Assembly (NCBI GenBank): GCA_918797485.1
Contig: CAKKNE010000003.1
Span: 4,650,001 to 4,714,000, forward strand
Source of the DNA: Pelagomonas calceolata
Lineage: Eukaryota
Length of the DNA stretch: 64,000 nt
Direction of reading: 5' to 3'
Of this stretch, positions 21,897-31,847 are shown piece after piece. The first letter of the stretch is position 1. The number at the start of each line of letters is the position of its first letter. The translations under genes were made by a program, and so were the position numbers. The notes beneath the pieces were generated by a model. It saw nothing but the letters and a program-made list of their open reading frames with translations. It was not told the DNA's origin and did not search any database.

Positions 21897-22919
21897 TCAT
21901 CGGCGGCGGGTGCGGGCCGCGTCCGCCAGGCGGCGGAACGGCCCCGCGCGACGGCGGCGGGGAGGAGGGGCTGCGGCCGCCGGCGCCGTGTCCGCGAGCG
22001 GGTCCGGCCGCGGCACGCGCCAGGCATCCCCGAGGCCGGCGCGCCGCGCGAGCCAATCCGCCGTCGCGCTGAGGCGCGCGTCGGCGTGCCGCAGCCGCGC
22101 GCTCGTGGACCGCGTCGCGAGCAGACGGCGAGCGGCCTCGGGATCCGGCGCGAGCGCCCGGCAGAGCGCGAAGCTCGATAGCTCTCGCCGCGTCGGCGCG
22201 AATTCCGCGAGGTCGTCGCCGAACGGCCCGTCCTCGCCGCAGGCCGCCGCGCGCGCGTAGGCCCTCTCCAGCACGCACGCCTCGGAGTCGCCGTCGGCGG
22301 CGCACGCGTCGACGGCGCACGCGTCCTCCACCCGCGCGGCGGGCGCGAAGCGGCGCACGGCCTCGGCGGTCGCGCGCCGCGCCGCGGCGGACAATACCGC
22401 TGCCTGCGCTGTCGCCGTCGAGCCGGCCCAGCCCTCCAGCGTCGCGACGGTCTCATAGGCGAGGTGCGCCTTCAGCTCGTCGGCCGCGGCCACGCCGCGC
22501 CGCGCGAGGAGATCGTGACCCGCCTCGCGCAGCACCTCGTCGTCCTCGGGCGCGGCGTCGACGACCGCGCCGACGTCGCCCACGGCGAGGCGTCCCGGGT
22601 GGCCGGCCGGGCGGAGCGCTTCGACCAAGAAACGCCCGACGGCGACAGCAACAATGCGCTGGACGTCGCCGGTCGCACGACCCCTCGCGTGGCACTCGCA
22701 GAGCACGCCGCGCGCGCCCGGCGCCGGCGCCGCGTCCACGAGCCCGAGCAGCCGCGGCCCGCCGGCGCTCTCAAGCGCGATCTGGTGCCAGCCGACTCGC
22801 GGGCACTCGACGACCACCACGTCCAGCGGGAAGACGCTGCTGCGGTATTCGAAAAGGGGAATCGTGAGGGCATCCAGGTGCCAGAGGAGGAGGGCAATCG
22901 AGACCGAGAAAAGTGCCAT
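21897..22919 (-). CDS. Lon N-terminal (substrate-binding) domain-like protein with signal peptide
   Basis: IPLFE...VFP, AVAVGRF.V, ELSSFAL, LL.TRST..RL. Confidence 0.55.
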   Translation of the reverse strand: MALFSVSIALLLWHLDALTIPLFEYRSSVFPLDVVVVECPRVGWHQIALESAGGPRLLGLVDAAPAPGARGVLCECHARGRATGDVQRIVAVAVGRFLVEALRPAGHPGRLAVGDVGAVVDAAPEDDEVLREAGHDLLARRGVAAADELKAHLAYETVATLEGWAGSTATAQAAVLSAAARRATAEAVRRFAPAARVEDACAVDACAADGDSEACVLERAYARAAACGEDGPFGDDLAEFAPTRRELSSFALCRALAPDPEAARRLLATRSTSARLRHADARLSATADWLARRAGLGDAWRVPRPDPLADTAPAAAAPPPRRRRAGPFRRLADAARTRRR

Positions 22920-23008
22920 CGAGAGCGGTACTGAGTTTACACATCAAATTTGACTTCAGCTCAGAGCAGAGACCGCACTCTCTCGTCGAGAGTGCACCTA
23001 GGGACCGC

Positions 23009-23323
23009 GGTACCTACGGTACCGTAGGTACCGTACCGTAGGTACCTACCGTACGTAGAGAGAGAAACCTACTAGCCCTCCTACCCTAGATATGTATCTC
23101 CCACTCTCTAAGTTTGAGTCTATACAGCGAGTGTCTTTGACACTACGGTGTAACAACAGTTTACTATTTATAAAACACTCTCGTAGTTAGGTTCAACTTG
23201 AAGTTGGCCCAGCCTTTGGCTGGTGAGCTAGGACCCTGCTACCTTACATAACACTGCGACATACTCTTGCTAGGTTATGGGCCCACAAGGTCTCGCCTAT
23301 TGACGTAGAGTGTTTTACAGTGA
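23009..23323. repeat. GTAC array (23009-23055) followed by repeat A (23056-23323)
   Basis: Aligns end to end with 2851-3102. Confidence 0.8.
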
Positions 23324-23746
23324 ATGCCTAGAAAACAAAAAGAATTATCACCTAAAAAGAAAACAAAAGAAAAAACACCCAAAAGGATGAAGCTGCAATA
23401 AACCAGCTTCTAAAAAATGCGATCGATCAAGCAAACGCTGAAGCTGAACAGAAACTCGAAGAGCGTCTCAAAGCACTGAAGGAAGACCTCACCAAGAAAT
23501 ACCAGGAAGAAAGGATTGAAGTGCAAGACGCGTTTGCACAATCAAGAGGTGACAAGCCATAGGTTCCTACAGAAACACCACTGGCAAATACGCGCCTGCA
23601 CGCGGTGCATACGGAGGTATGCGACCGTCTGTCAGGGTGTATGTGGCTGCCTGGGTGGGACTGCCCGGGGATTTTATAGTAACTTGAACCCCTCCGAGTC
23701 GGGTCGTAGTGCACTTGCAACCTCCTTAGAGGACCCAGGGGTGCAA

Positions 23747-26355
23747 TTATAGCGTCGGCTTGCTCTTCGCCAGGTACACCTTGTCTTTGCGTCCCGGGCG
23801 CGCCCCCGGCACCACGCGTCTCCCAACCCGGCCGAGTCGGACCCCGCCCTGGGCCGCGAGACGCGCCCCGCCCCCGGCCGCCGCCGCCGTCAAGGCGAAG
23901 TCGACGTGGTGCCGCCGTCCAGTAACAGCAAAATCAGCGGCCTCGCGGCGTTTTTTCAGAAGCCGGCGGCACGCGTGGCCGATCTTCGCCGCGGCCTTGT
24001 GGCGCCGGTACGCTCGGAGCGCCGCGCGTCGCCAGCGGAGCGCGCGCGCGTCGCGCAGCAGCCCCGCGCACCAGCTGCGGACCACGGCGCGGGCGGCGAG
24101 CATGGCGCGGACGAGCGTCGCCGCCGCGCGCAGGCGGACGCGCGCTTGCGTTTTGACGATCAACGGCAGGGACGCAGCCGTGAGGGCCGCCGCCCGCGCC
24201 TCGAGTTCGTCGGGTAACGCCGCTGACAGCGTCCAGTGGGCCGCAGCCGGGTCGGCGGCGGCGCTGCGGGGCGCCGCGGGCGGGCGCGGGGCGGCCGACC
24301 GCCGGGGCGCGACGTCGATTCGTAGCGCTCGGACGAGCGCGAGGCAAGCTGCGTGTGCCGCCGCGCCCGCGGCGGCGCGCGGCGGCGCGCCGTCCGGCGC
24401 CGGCGCCTCCGGGGGCGCGGGCGCGGGCGCGGCGTCGTCCGGCGGAGGCGGCGGCGCCGCCGCCGCCGCCCAGGGCGCCAACAGCGGCGCGCTGAGCGAC
24501 GCGTGGACGCGCGCGTAGACGCCCCCCGCGGCCGAGGCCATGTTCGCCGAGGTGCGCACGCTGGGGCCGTCGGCCAGGGATAGCTGGGAAACGCCCTCGG
24601 CGGCGGCGCCGTCGAGCAGCTCCACCAACCGGAGCCGCAGCTCGAGCGAGGGCGCGCCATTGTAGTCGACGACGGCACGCGTGGTACAATCGAGGACGGC
24701 GCGCCCGCCCGAGGAAAGAGCCACTTCCACGTGTCGCGCGTGCCAGAGCGGCGGCGCGACGCGCCACCACGTGTTTGCTATCCAGTCGTGCCACAGCTCG
24801 CCGCCTATCTCCCCGAGACGGTAGTAGTAGTTGGCCTTGGGCGGCCCGCGGCGGCGGCGGTGGGCGCCCCCGGCGGCGGCGGCGGCGCCGCGCCGCGCGT
24901 CGAGCGCCAGCGCGCCGTCGGCGTCGCACACCGCGCTCTCGCACAGTCCCCGGTACAGTTTCGCGGCGTCGGCACGCCTCATGCACGCTCGCGCCACCTC
25001 GGCGGCCGAGACGTCCGTCGCCAGGCACGCGTACGACGCGCCCTCCTCGTTCTTTCCGGTGGCGGCGAACTCGAGGACAAGGTGGCCGAGGTGCTGCCAG
25101 ACCGCCACGTCGTATTCAGTAAGACGAGGCGGCACGCAAACGTCGCTAAATTTCGCCACGCAGCAGGGGCCATTTCTTACAAGAGCCTCGAGGGGCACGC
25201 GGCCCTCTGGGTCGGCCGCGCCGCAGAAGACCGGCGCCCGGCGCTTCGCGAGCTCCGCCGCGAGGACAGCCGGGCGCGCCGATTGGATCGTCACGCTGCT
25301 CAGGTAGGACGGCGCGCGCTTGCGGGGCGCCGCGGCCCACCGGCGCGCGCGCGCTGGGGAAAACCCGCGGCGGGCCGGCGACCGCGCCTCGCCGAGCGCC
25401 TGCTTCTCGTCAGCCGTCCCGAACCGGCGGGTCCGCTCCTTGGCGCGCTTTTTTAGCATAGCGTCCCGCTTCATCGCCGCGACCTCCGCAAGCGTCGGGC
25501 CGTAGGACCGCATAAAGCCCATAAATTCATCCACGGTCACGTCGCCGGAAGAATCCGCATCAATAGCCTTCCACAGTGCCTTGATTTGTTCGAGCGGCAG
25601 CACCTCCTCGGGCGTACACAAACAGGGATACGGCGCCCGTATGACACTCTCCAACTCCTCAAAACCTAGTCTTCCACTACTGTCGACGTCCAAGATATTA
25701 AACATTTTGAACCAATTGAAGCGCTGCTCGGGCGCGCTGTCGTTGGTGGGGGCGCCCTCCGTGTCATAAAACGCCTTGCGCTCGTGGCGCGTCTCCACCA
25801 GTCGGTTGAGCTCGAAGACCAAGGCCCGCTTTTCCTGTTTGTCTAATACTGGCCAGCCGTCGATCATTAGCAAGTAGGTGGCGTCCTGGAACTCCTTGAT
25901 CGTCGCCTCGCCGCTTCCGTCGGCCTCGACGTAGGCCCACAAAGCGTCTAAATCCGAGACGGCGACCTCTACACCCAACGCCGCGACCGCCTTGCGGAAC
26001 TCGTCGTAGTCTAAGCGTCCCGAGCGGTCCTCGTCCATCTGGGCGAAGAGGCGCGCCCAATTCCCGCGCATGGTACACGGCGTGCCGTCGGCCTCGCTTT
26101 TGCGCCCGAACGCCGAGTGCAGCGCCACGACCTGTGTGGAAATCTCAAATCTCAGGCACTCCACGCCATCGACGCGATGGTGTCTCCTCGACGGCGCGGA
26201 GGTTCGCGAAGGACGTGCAATAACTCTCGGGATAACGTAACTCTCTGCCTGCTTGATTCCACGCAGGCCACGACCGTCTCGCGCAGCGCCTCGGTCGAAG
26301 TCGCGACGACGCGCTCGTGCGCGACGACGCGGTGCCTCGTGAGGTCCGTCGTCAT
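23747..26355 (-). CDS. Multi-EF-hand protein with C-terminal IQ-like motifs; 2 exons (intron 26132-26274)
   Basis: DEDRSGRLDYDEF, ADGSGEATIKEF, DVDSSGRLGFEEL, DADSSGDVTVDEF. Splicing gives EALRET|VVALHSAF. Confidence 0.75.
26132..26274 (-). mobile_element. Introner intron (143 bp)
   Basis: Perfect 8-bp TSD gccacgac (26124-26131, 26267-26274). TIRs ctgtgtggaaatc / gattccacgcag. Confidence 0.9.
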
Positions 26356-26663
26356 GGCGGCTTGCTTGTTTTGTCTCTGCTCTGCGTGCGGTCGACGGGG
26401 CAGCGCGCGTCGACGGCGTGCTGCTGCGGCCGTCCCTTGCGGACCCGCGTTCGATGCTTGCGCTCTCCGGGGCGTCTGGCGTTACTGTAATAATTTTTGC
26501 GCGGGCCCCGGGCCTCCGCATGTCTCCCCGGGCACGGCAGCGTGCCCCAGGATGGATGGGCCGTCCGTGGAGCGCGGGACGACCGTGCGGGTGTTTTTAG
26601 CGCCGCCTTACCCTTAAGCACCCAAGCGGCAGCCCCACAGCCTGAACCGGCGCGAAAGCTTAG

Positions 26664-27563
26664 ATGATGGCGGCCGACCTGCCGATGCAGGACGTCCGCG
26701 CGCAATACGCCGAGCTCAAGGCGACGCTCTCGACGTTCCAGGCGTCCGTCGGCGACTGCCTCGAGCGGGCCGAGGCGGAGTTCCTCCAGGCGTACCGCGC
26801 CCACATGGTCGAGGTCCACCGCGAGCTCCAGCAGCTCCGCGCGCAGCTCGGGAGCGCCGAGGCGTCGCTCCGTGACGACGACGGCGTCCGGGAGCTCGAG
26901 GCGAGCGGCGCGTGGTACCGGGGCGAGGCGGCCCAGCAGGCGGCGCACGTGGCGGCGCTGCGGAAGGACCGGACCTACGCGCGCCGGAAGCGGCGTGCGC
27001 TCGACGCGGACCGGCGGCACCTCCGGCGGCAGCTGGAGGCGGGCAAGCGCGAGCAGAAGCGCCTCGAGGCGCGCGCGGCGGCGGCGACGACGAGAACGCC
27101 GTCGCCGCAGGCGGACGCGGAACGCGCCGTGCGGCCGCCGCCGCGGCGCTGCGTGCCCGGCGACTTCGGCAAGGCGGCGACGCAACACGACACGACGACG
27201 CCCACCGGGCGGCTGCGCGCCGACGTCGAGCGGCTCCGCGGAGACGTCGAGGCGCACACGGCCGCCGCGGCGCGGCTCCGCGGCATTCTCGTGGCCGAGC
27301 GCGTCCGCGGCGCCGACTTCCGCGACCTCTACGCGAGCTGCGCCGCCGCCGCGGCGCGCGGCGGCACGAGCGGCGGCCGCGGGTCCGAGGCGCTCGGACG
27401 CCTCGGAGATTTAGTGTTCCCGCCGGCGGCGGCAGCGCCGAGCGACGCCTCGGCCCGGGCGCCGCGCCCTCGCGCGACGCCGCCCGCCGCCGCGGACGAC
27501 GCCCGCCTCGCGCTCGACGACGACGTTCTGGCGTTCCTTGGAACCGCCGTGCGGCCGACGTAA
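26664..27563 (+). CDS. Hypothetical coiled-coil protein
   Basis: 299-aa ORF with host codon usage; EFLQAYRAHMVEVHRELQQL, WYRGEA. Confidence 0.6.
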   Translation: MMAADLPMQDVRAQYAELKATLSTFQASVGDCLERAEAEFLQAYRAHMVEVHRELQQLRAQLGSAEASLRDDDGVRELEASGAWYRGEAAQQAAHVAALRKDRTYARRKRRALDADRRHLRRQLEAGKREQKRLEARAAAATTRTPSPQADAERAVRPPPRRCVPGDFGKAATQHDTTTPTGRLRADVERLRGDVEAHTAAAARLRGILVAERVRGADFRDLYASCAAAAARGGTSGGRGSEALGRLGDLVFPPAAAAPSDASARAPRPRATPPAAADDARLALDDDVLAFLGTAVRPT

Positions 27564-28276
27564 GCGACGCGTGGTGCGCCGTTGCGCACTCGCAACGCAC
27601 GCACACAGTAAAATAAAAAATTCAATTACGACGGTCACACTTACGACGTCACTTACGGTCACGCTTCCCCCGACTTCCTCTGCAGTTGGCTCGGCGGCTA
27701 GGCGGCCTAGCTCTAAGCAAAGCAAGGAAACCTAAAAACAAGATGGCACATGTAGTCTCTCTAGTAGTCTCCTGAGAGCGAGTCACGGCAAGCCGTGACG
27801 AGTTCTAAAACCGTCGGACAGTGCATAGGGTCCGAGCCAAAATAATACTTTTTTTGGAATTAAATTTTTTAGGTAAAACTAGGGGATGGAGGACTAATAA
27901 CTATAGTCAATTCGGGTCTTGGCGGCTAATGACAGCCTGAGTCAGGATCAACCATTCCGACTCCCGAGGAGTCCAACGTGGCCAACGGTAGTAGGCTCGA
28001 CGGCTCAGAATGGCACGCTGGCATTCCAAGCTGGCATTCCAAGCCCAAGTCCGGCGAGGACACCGAGATGGACTCGGACACATACTGGTTCAAGGCCGAC
28101 CCGAACAAGGCATGGAGGCGTACTGGGCCGCGAGGCCGCCGTCGGACTCGGAGCGTAGTGTGCTTGCGCCTCTTCTTTCGCCTTCGCGTGGGCGCGAGCG
28201 CCGTTATTATGTCGTACTAAGATCCTCATTAAACTATTACTCTCTACATTTCTAGTAACATGACACACTTGATGAA

Positions 28277-29212
28277 TCACACTGGCCTCCAGTCGCGCGG
28301 CAGGTGCTCGTCCGCGAAGCGCCGCGCGTCGGCGGGCCCGGCGCCGCCGCCCCCAAAGACGAGCGCGCCGCAGCCCGACGTCTCCAGCCAGGTGCTATTC
28401 CGCAGGCCCCGGTCGTAGAGCACGGACCCGCGCGTCAGTCGCGCGACCCACCACGAGAACGACCCCCACGAGAACGTCGCCGCGTCCGCGTGCGTCAGCG
28501 CGGCCATGACGACGGCCGGCTCCCGGTCGTCGAGGGCTCGGACGTCCGCGCCGAGGACGCTTGCGATCGCCGCCGCGTCCCGGAACTGGTAGGATGACGT
28601 GATATACGCGACGGTGCGGTTCGGGAATATGGTTTGCTCAAACTGCCGCCGCGCCCTCGCATAGAACGGCCGCCTCGGCAGACACTTTTGGTACTGCCGC
28701 TCGCCCGCCGCGACGCGGTGGTAGAGCGCCACAACTTTGTCCGCGCCCAGCCCCCGCGTCGTGTTTTCGTACAAAGCTTTTCCGCGGGCAGCCACCTTCG
28801 CCTTCCAGGGGAAGACGACGCCGGCCGCGTCGACCGCTCTCGCGTTCTGGCGGTACCCAAGGCACTGAAAGTCGACGCGCGGTCGCTTCTCCGCCGGAAT
28901 AACGCGCCGCCCGTCCTCGTGCGCCCACCACGCCCGCGAGAGCTTCAGGTGGACCTGGGGCGCGTGGCCCGGGAGGCCCGGCTCGCCCGGGCAGGCCACG
29001 TCCGTGTAATTCGCGAAATCAAAGGCCGCGCAAGTCGTCGCCGTCGCGCGGAGGCACAGGTTATGGTGTCTCGCGATACCGTAGCACGCGTAGATGACGA
29101 AGAGGTGATTGCCGAGGCGTCCCGATGAGGGAACGACGACGCGGCGGGCGCACCGGCTCGCGTTGGTGACACGCGCCGCGCTGGGCGCTATGATGAGCAG
29201 CAACCGCTTCAT
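28277..29212 (-). CDS. Alpha-1,2-fucosyltransferase-like (GT11)
   Basis: GRLGNHLF, GYRQ, ALYHR, GSFSWWVARL; signal anchor. Confidence 0.65.
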   Translation of the reverse strand: MKRLLLIIAPSAARVTNASRCARRVVVPSSGRLGNHLFVIYACYGIARHHNLCLRATATTCAAFDFANYTDVACPGEPGLPGHAPQVHLKLSRAWWAHEDGRRVIPAEKRPRVDFQCLGYRQNARAVDAAGVVFPWKAKVAARGKALYENTTRGLGADKVVALYHRVAAGERQYQKCLPRRPFYARARRQFEQTIFPNRTVAYITSSYQFRDAAAIASVLGADVRALDDREPAVVMAALTHADAATFSWGSFSWWVARLTRGSVLYDRGLRNSTWLETSGCGALVFGGGGAGPADARRFADEHLPRDWRPV

Positions 29213-29396
29213 CGACGCGCGACGCGTCGCATGGCTGCTCGCATCGGCTGCCCGACAACGCGTGCGGCGCTGCCCCTCCAGAGCGGATGTTGGGGACTCT
29301 GGGTGCTACCTGCAGAGAACTGCAGAGATGCTGAGATGGTAAATTAAATGGGGAGAGACGGTGGAGATTAATGAGCAAGATGAGGGGCAGCCTCTG

Positions 29397-31358
29397 ATGA
29401 AGGACCTGGTGCTATTGCTGTGCTGGCTTTATAGAGGGTGCGCGGATGCTTGTTTCGAGCACGTCGTCGTCGCCGCGGCGCACTACGACCGCACGAACGC
29501 GTCGCTGGCGCTGCGGACGCGATTACTAGACGCGCAGGCCGCGGCGAAGGCCCGTTGGCTGCCCGCCGGCCTCGTCGTGGTCGTGGAGAACGACGTTGTC
29601 GAGCGGAGCCGTATCGAGGTCGAGCGGCGCGGCTTGGCGTACGCCCGCAACGGAGGCTATCCCGGGCACGGCTTCGAGCTGGGTGCCTGGCGCTGGGCAA
29701 TGAGCGAGATCCTACCGCACCGGGACGTGTGCGCGGACGCGGTCGTCTACTTGGTTCAAGATAGCATGGTCATGAACGCGCCACCCCTCGCGCATCCACC
29801 AGCAAACCTCACGGCCACGCGCCTCTTCAGCTTCGACGGGACCAAGGGATTGGCGGGTGTGCCGCGGTCGGAAGACCACTGGGTCCCCGAGGCTGAGACC
29901 GCCTTCGCGCGGGCGGGGTCCGACCCCGCGCTCGCGCGGTCGCGGTCGCGGCGGTTCCCGGGCGCCTTCGGGCCGAACCTCGTCGGCACCTACGCAGCCT
30001 GGCGAGGACTCCTCGAGCGAGGCTTCTTCGACATGCTGGCCGTGCGCTCGAAACTCGACGAACAGCGGTCCGAGCGCATCGTGGGACTCTTCCTCGCGGT
30101 CGTGCTCGGCGACGAGGGGTCCATCGGCGGCGACTACCTCCTCGTCCAGCGCCCGAGCCGAGTTATTCGCGCCAAGCTGCCCTTCGTGAAGACTATGGCA
30201 CACAAGGCGCGATCGCGCGACCAGTTGCATAGATCGTTGATTTCTGCTCCGAAGGGCGGGTTAGACAAGCCTGGGGCCAATCGCCTGCGCTGCCTCGAGG
30301 CCTGGCAGGCGAACGCGTCGCGTCCGACGCTCACGTTCGTCGACGACGAGCGGTCGTGCGGCCTGGGCTGCCGCTTCCTGCGCCTGGCGGCCGCGCTGGT
30401 AGCGGCGCTCGACGCGGGCAGGCGCCTGGCGCTGTCGCCGAGCTCGCGGTGGCACTTCGGGCGCCACGCAGATTACTTCGAGCCGCTGCCCCTGTCCGAT
30501 ATCAGGTTGACGCTGCCCGACCGCCACCCGCACCACATCAACGAGTGGACGGCACCCGACGACGTTCCACATGAAGCGGTCTTCACGCGCGCGTCGCTCG
30601 ACAACTTCTGGCACTTTTATCGGGTACGACGTGGCCGCCGCTGCCGCCACCCCTGCTTGGACGGGTTGGACCAGTGCGAGCAGGCGGCGCTCGCGGCCGT
30701 ATATCTGGCGCGGCCGAACCGACGTTTGACGGAGGCGGCCGCGAACGTATCTATGGAACCACCCTACGCGGCGGTCCACATCCGCCGCGGCGACAAACAA
30801 CGGGAACGCAAAGGCCCCGCGTTGAGTGTATCCGCCTATGCCGATGCTCTGAAACGCTTCCCGGACCTGTCGCGCGTGTGGCTCATGACTGAGGACCCCC
30901 GCGTCGCTGAGGAGAGCCAATCGATGGGCTGGCATTTGACCGAGTTTTCGCGGACCGGGAAGCCCGAGGCGACGACCGAGAACATCGGCGCCGTAGCTCT
31001 GAATTCGCTCGTCAACCTCGAGGTCGCCGTGAACGCCTCCGCCTTCGTCGGCGCCGACGATTCGACCTGGTTCCGCTTCGTGCTCATGCTCGCGATGGGC
31101 CGCTCGGGCCGCAAGCCGCGGGTCAGCTCCCTCGCGAGCGGCTTCTGGACCAAGGGCGGCTTCGGGAACTGCTTCTGGCGGCCCGACGCGTGCGTATCCC
31201 CGGGGGGGTTGTGTAATGTGACGACACAGCTGTCTTCTCTCTGGCTAGTCCTTTTAGTCGTTGCCGCGCAATCAAAGGCCTACTCAGGCCCTACTGCAGC
31301 ACTGGCAGCGGCGGCTTTCCCCACCTTGAAGCTCCGGAAAGCTTCCAGGGACACCTAG
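29397..31358 (+). CDS. Two-domain protein with C-terminal alpha-1,6-fucosyltransferase-like (GT23) domain
   Basis: CGLGCRF, AVHIRRGDK, VWLMTEDP, FVGADDST. N-terminal domain has GFELGAW and YLVQDS motifs. Confidence 0.7.
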   Translation: MKDLVLLLCWLYRGCADACFEHVVVAAAHYDRTNASLALRTRLLDAQAAAKARWLPAGLVVVVENDVVERSRIEVERRGLAYARNGGYPGHGFELGAWRWAMSEILPHRDVCADAVVYLVQDSMVMNAPPLAHPPANLTATRLFSFDGTKGLAGVPRSEDHWVPEAETAFARAGSDPALARSRSRRFPGAFGPNLVGTYAAWRGLLERGFFDMLAVRSKLDEQRSERIVGLFLAVVLGDEGSIGGDYLLVQRPSRVIRAKLPFVKTMAHKARSRDQLHRSLISAPKGGLDKPGANRLRCLEAWQANASRPTLTFVDDERSCGLGCRFLRLAAALVAALDAGRRLALSPSSRWHFGRHADYFEPLPLSDIRLTLPDRHPHHINEWTAPDDVPHEAVFTRASLDNFWHFYRVRRGRRCRHPCLDGLDQCEQAALAAVYLARPNRRLTEAAANVSMEPPYAAVHIRRGDKQRERKGPALSVSAYADALKRFPDLSRVWLMTEDPRVAEESQSMGWHLTEFSRTGKPEATTENIGAVALNSLVNLEVAVNASAFVGADDSTWFRFVLMLAMGRSGRKPRVSSLASGFWTKGGFGNCFWRPDACVSPGGLCNVTTQLSSLWLVLLVVAAQSKAYSGPTAALAAAAFPTLKLRKASRDT

Positions 31359-31847
31359 CGCACGCGCGGACGCATTCGGCGCGACTGATTTAAACTCGCG
31401 ATAGTTCGTTCGAGGAGTCAACGCCTTTCGCATGGCGCGCATGGCCCGGGGCGCGGGAATCTAGACAACCCCGGTCGGCGTCTGCTTGGGGCTCTTTGTG
31501 CCGACCTCTGCCCCGTACCGTTAAGGGTACGGGGCACACAGACCCTAGTGAGTTTTGCGCCACTAGCATTTTTAAGCTGTTTTGCGCCGCTCGTCACAAC
31601 GCTGTCGCCGCTCGCACTTTCCGCCCGCGTAAAAACGTTTCTCTCGCTCCCCGCGTTCCGTGTCCGTGGGCGTGGGGACGAACGCGAACCTCTAGGCAAG
31701 AGGGCTCCAAGGGGTCACGTAAGTAAGCGCAAAATCAAACTCGCATCGTTTGAGCTAGTTATATAAACCTACTAGATTGCACCTATTTTTGCGCGCGGGG
31801 ACTTGTCGAGCGTCGGGATAGTGACGCGCGGGCGGGGAGATCCTGGA

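Noticed and set aside
23323..23560. A-rich coiled-coil coding fragment
   Set aside because: Short, broken by frameshift or stop, and unassignable.
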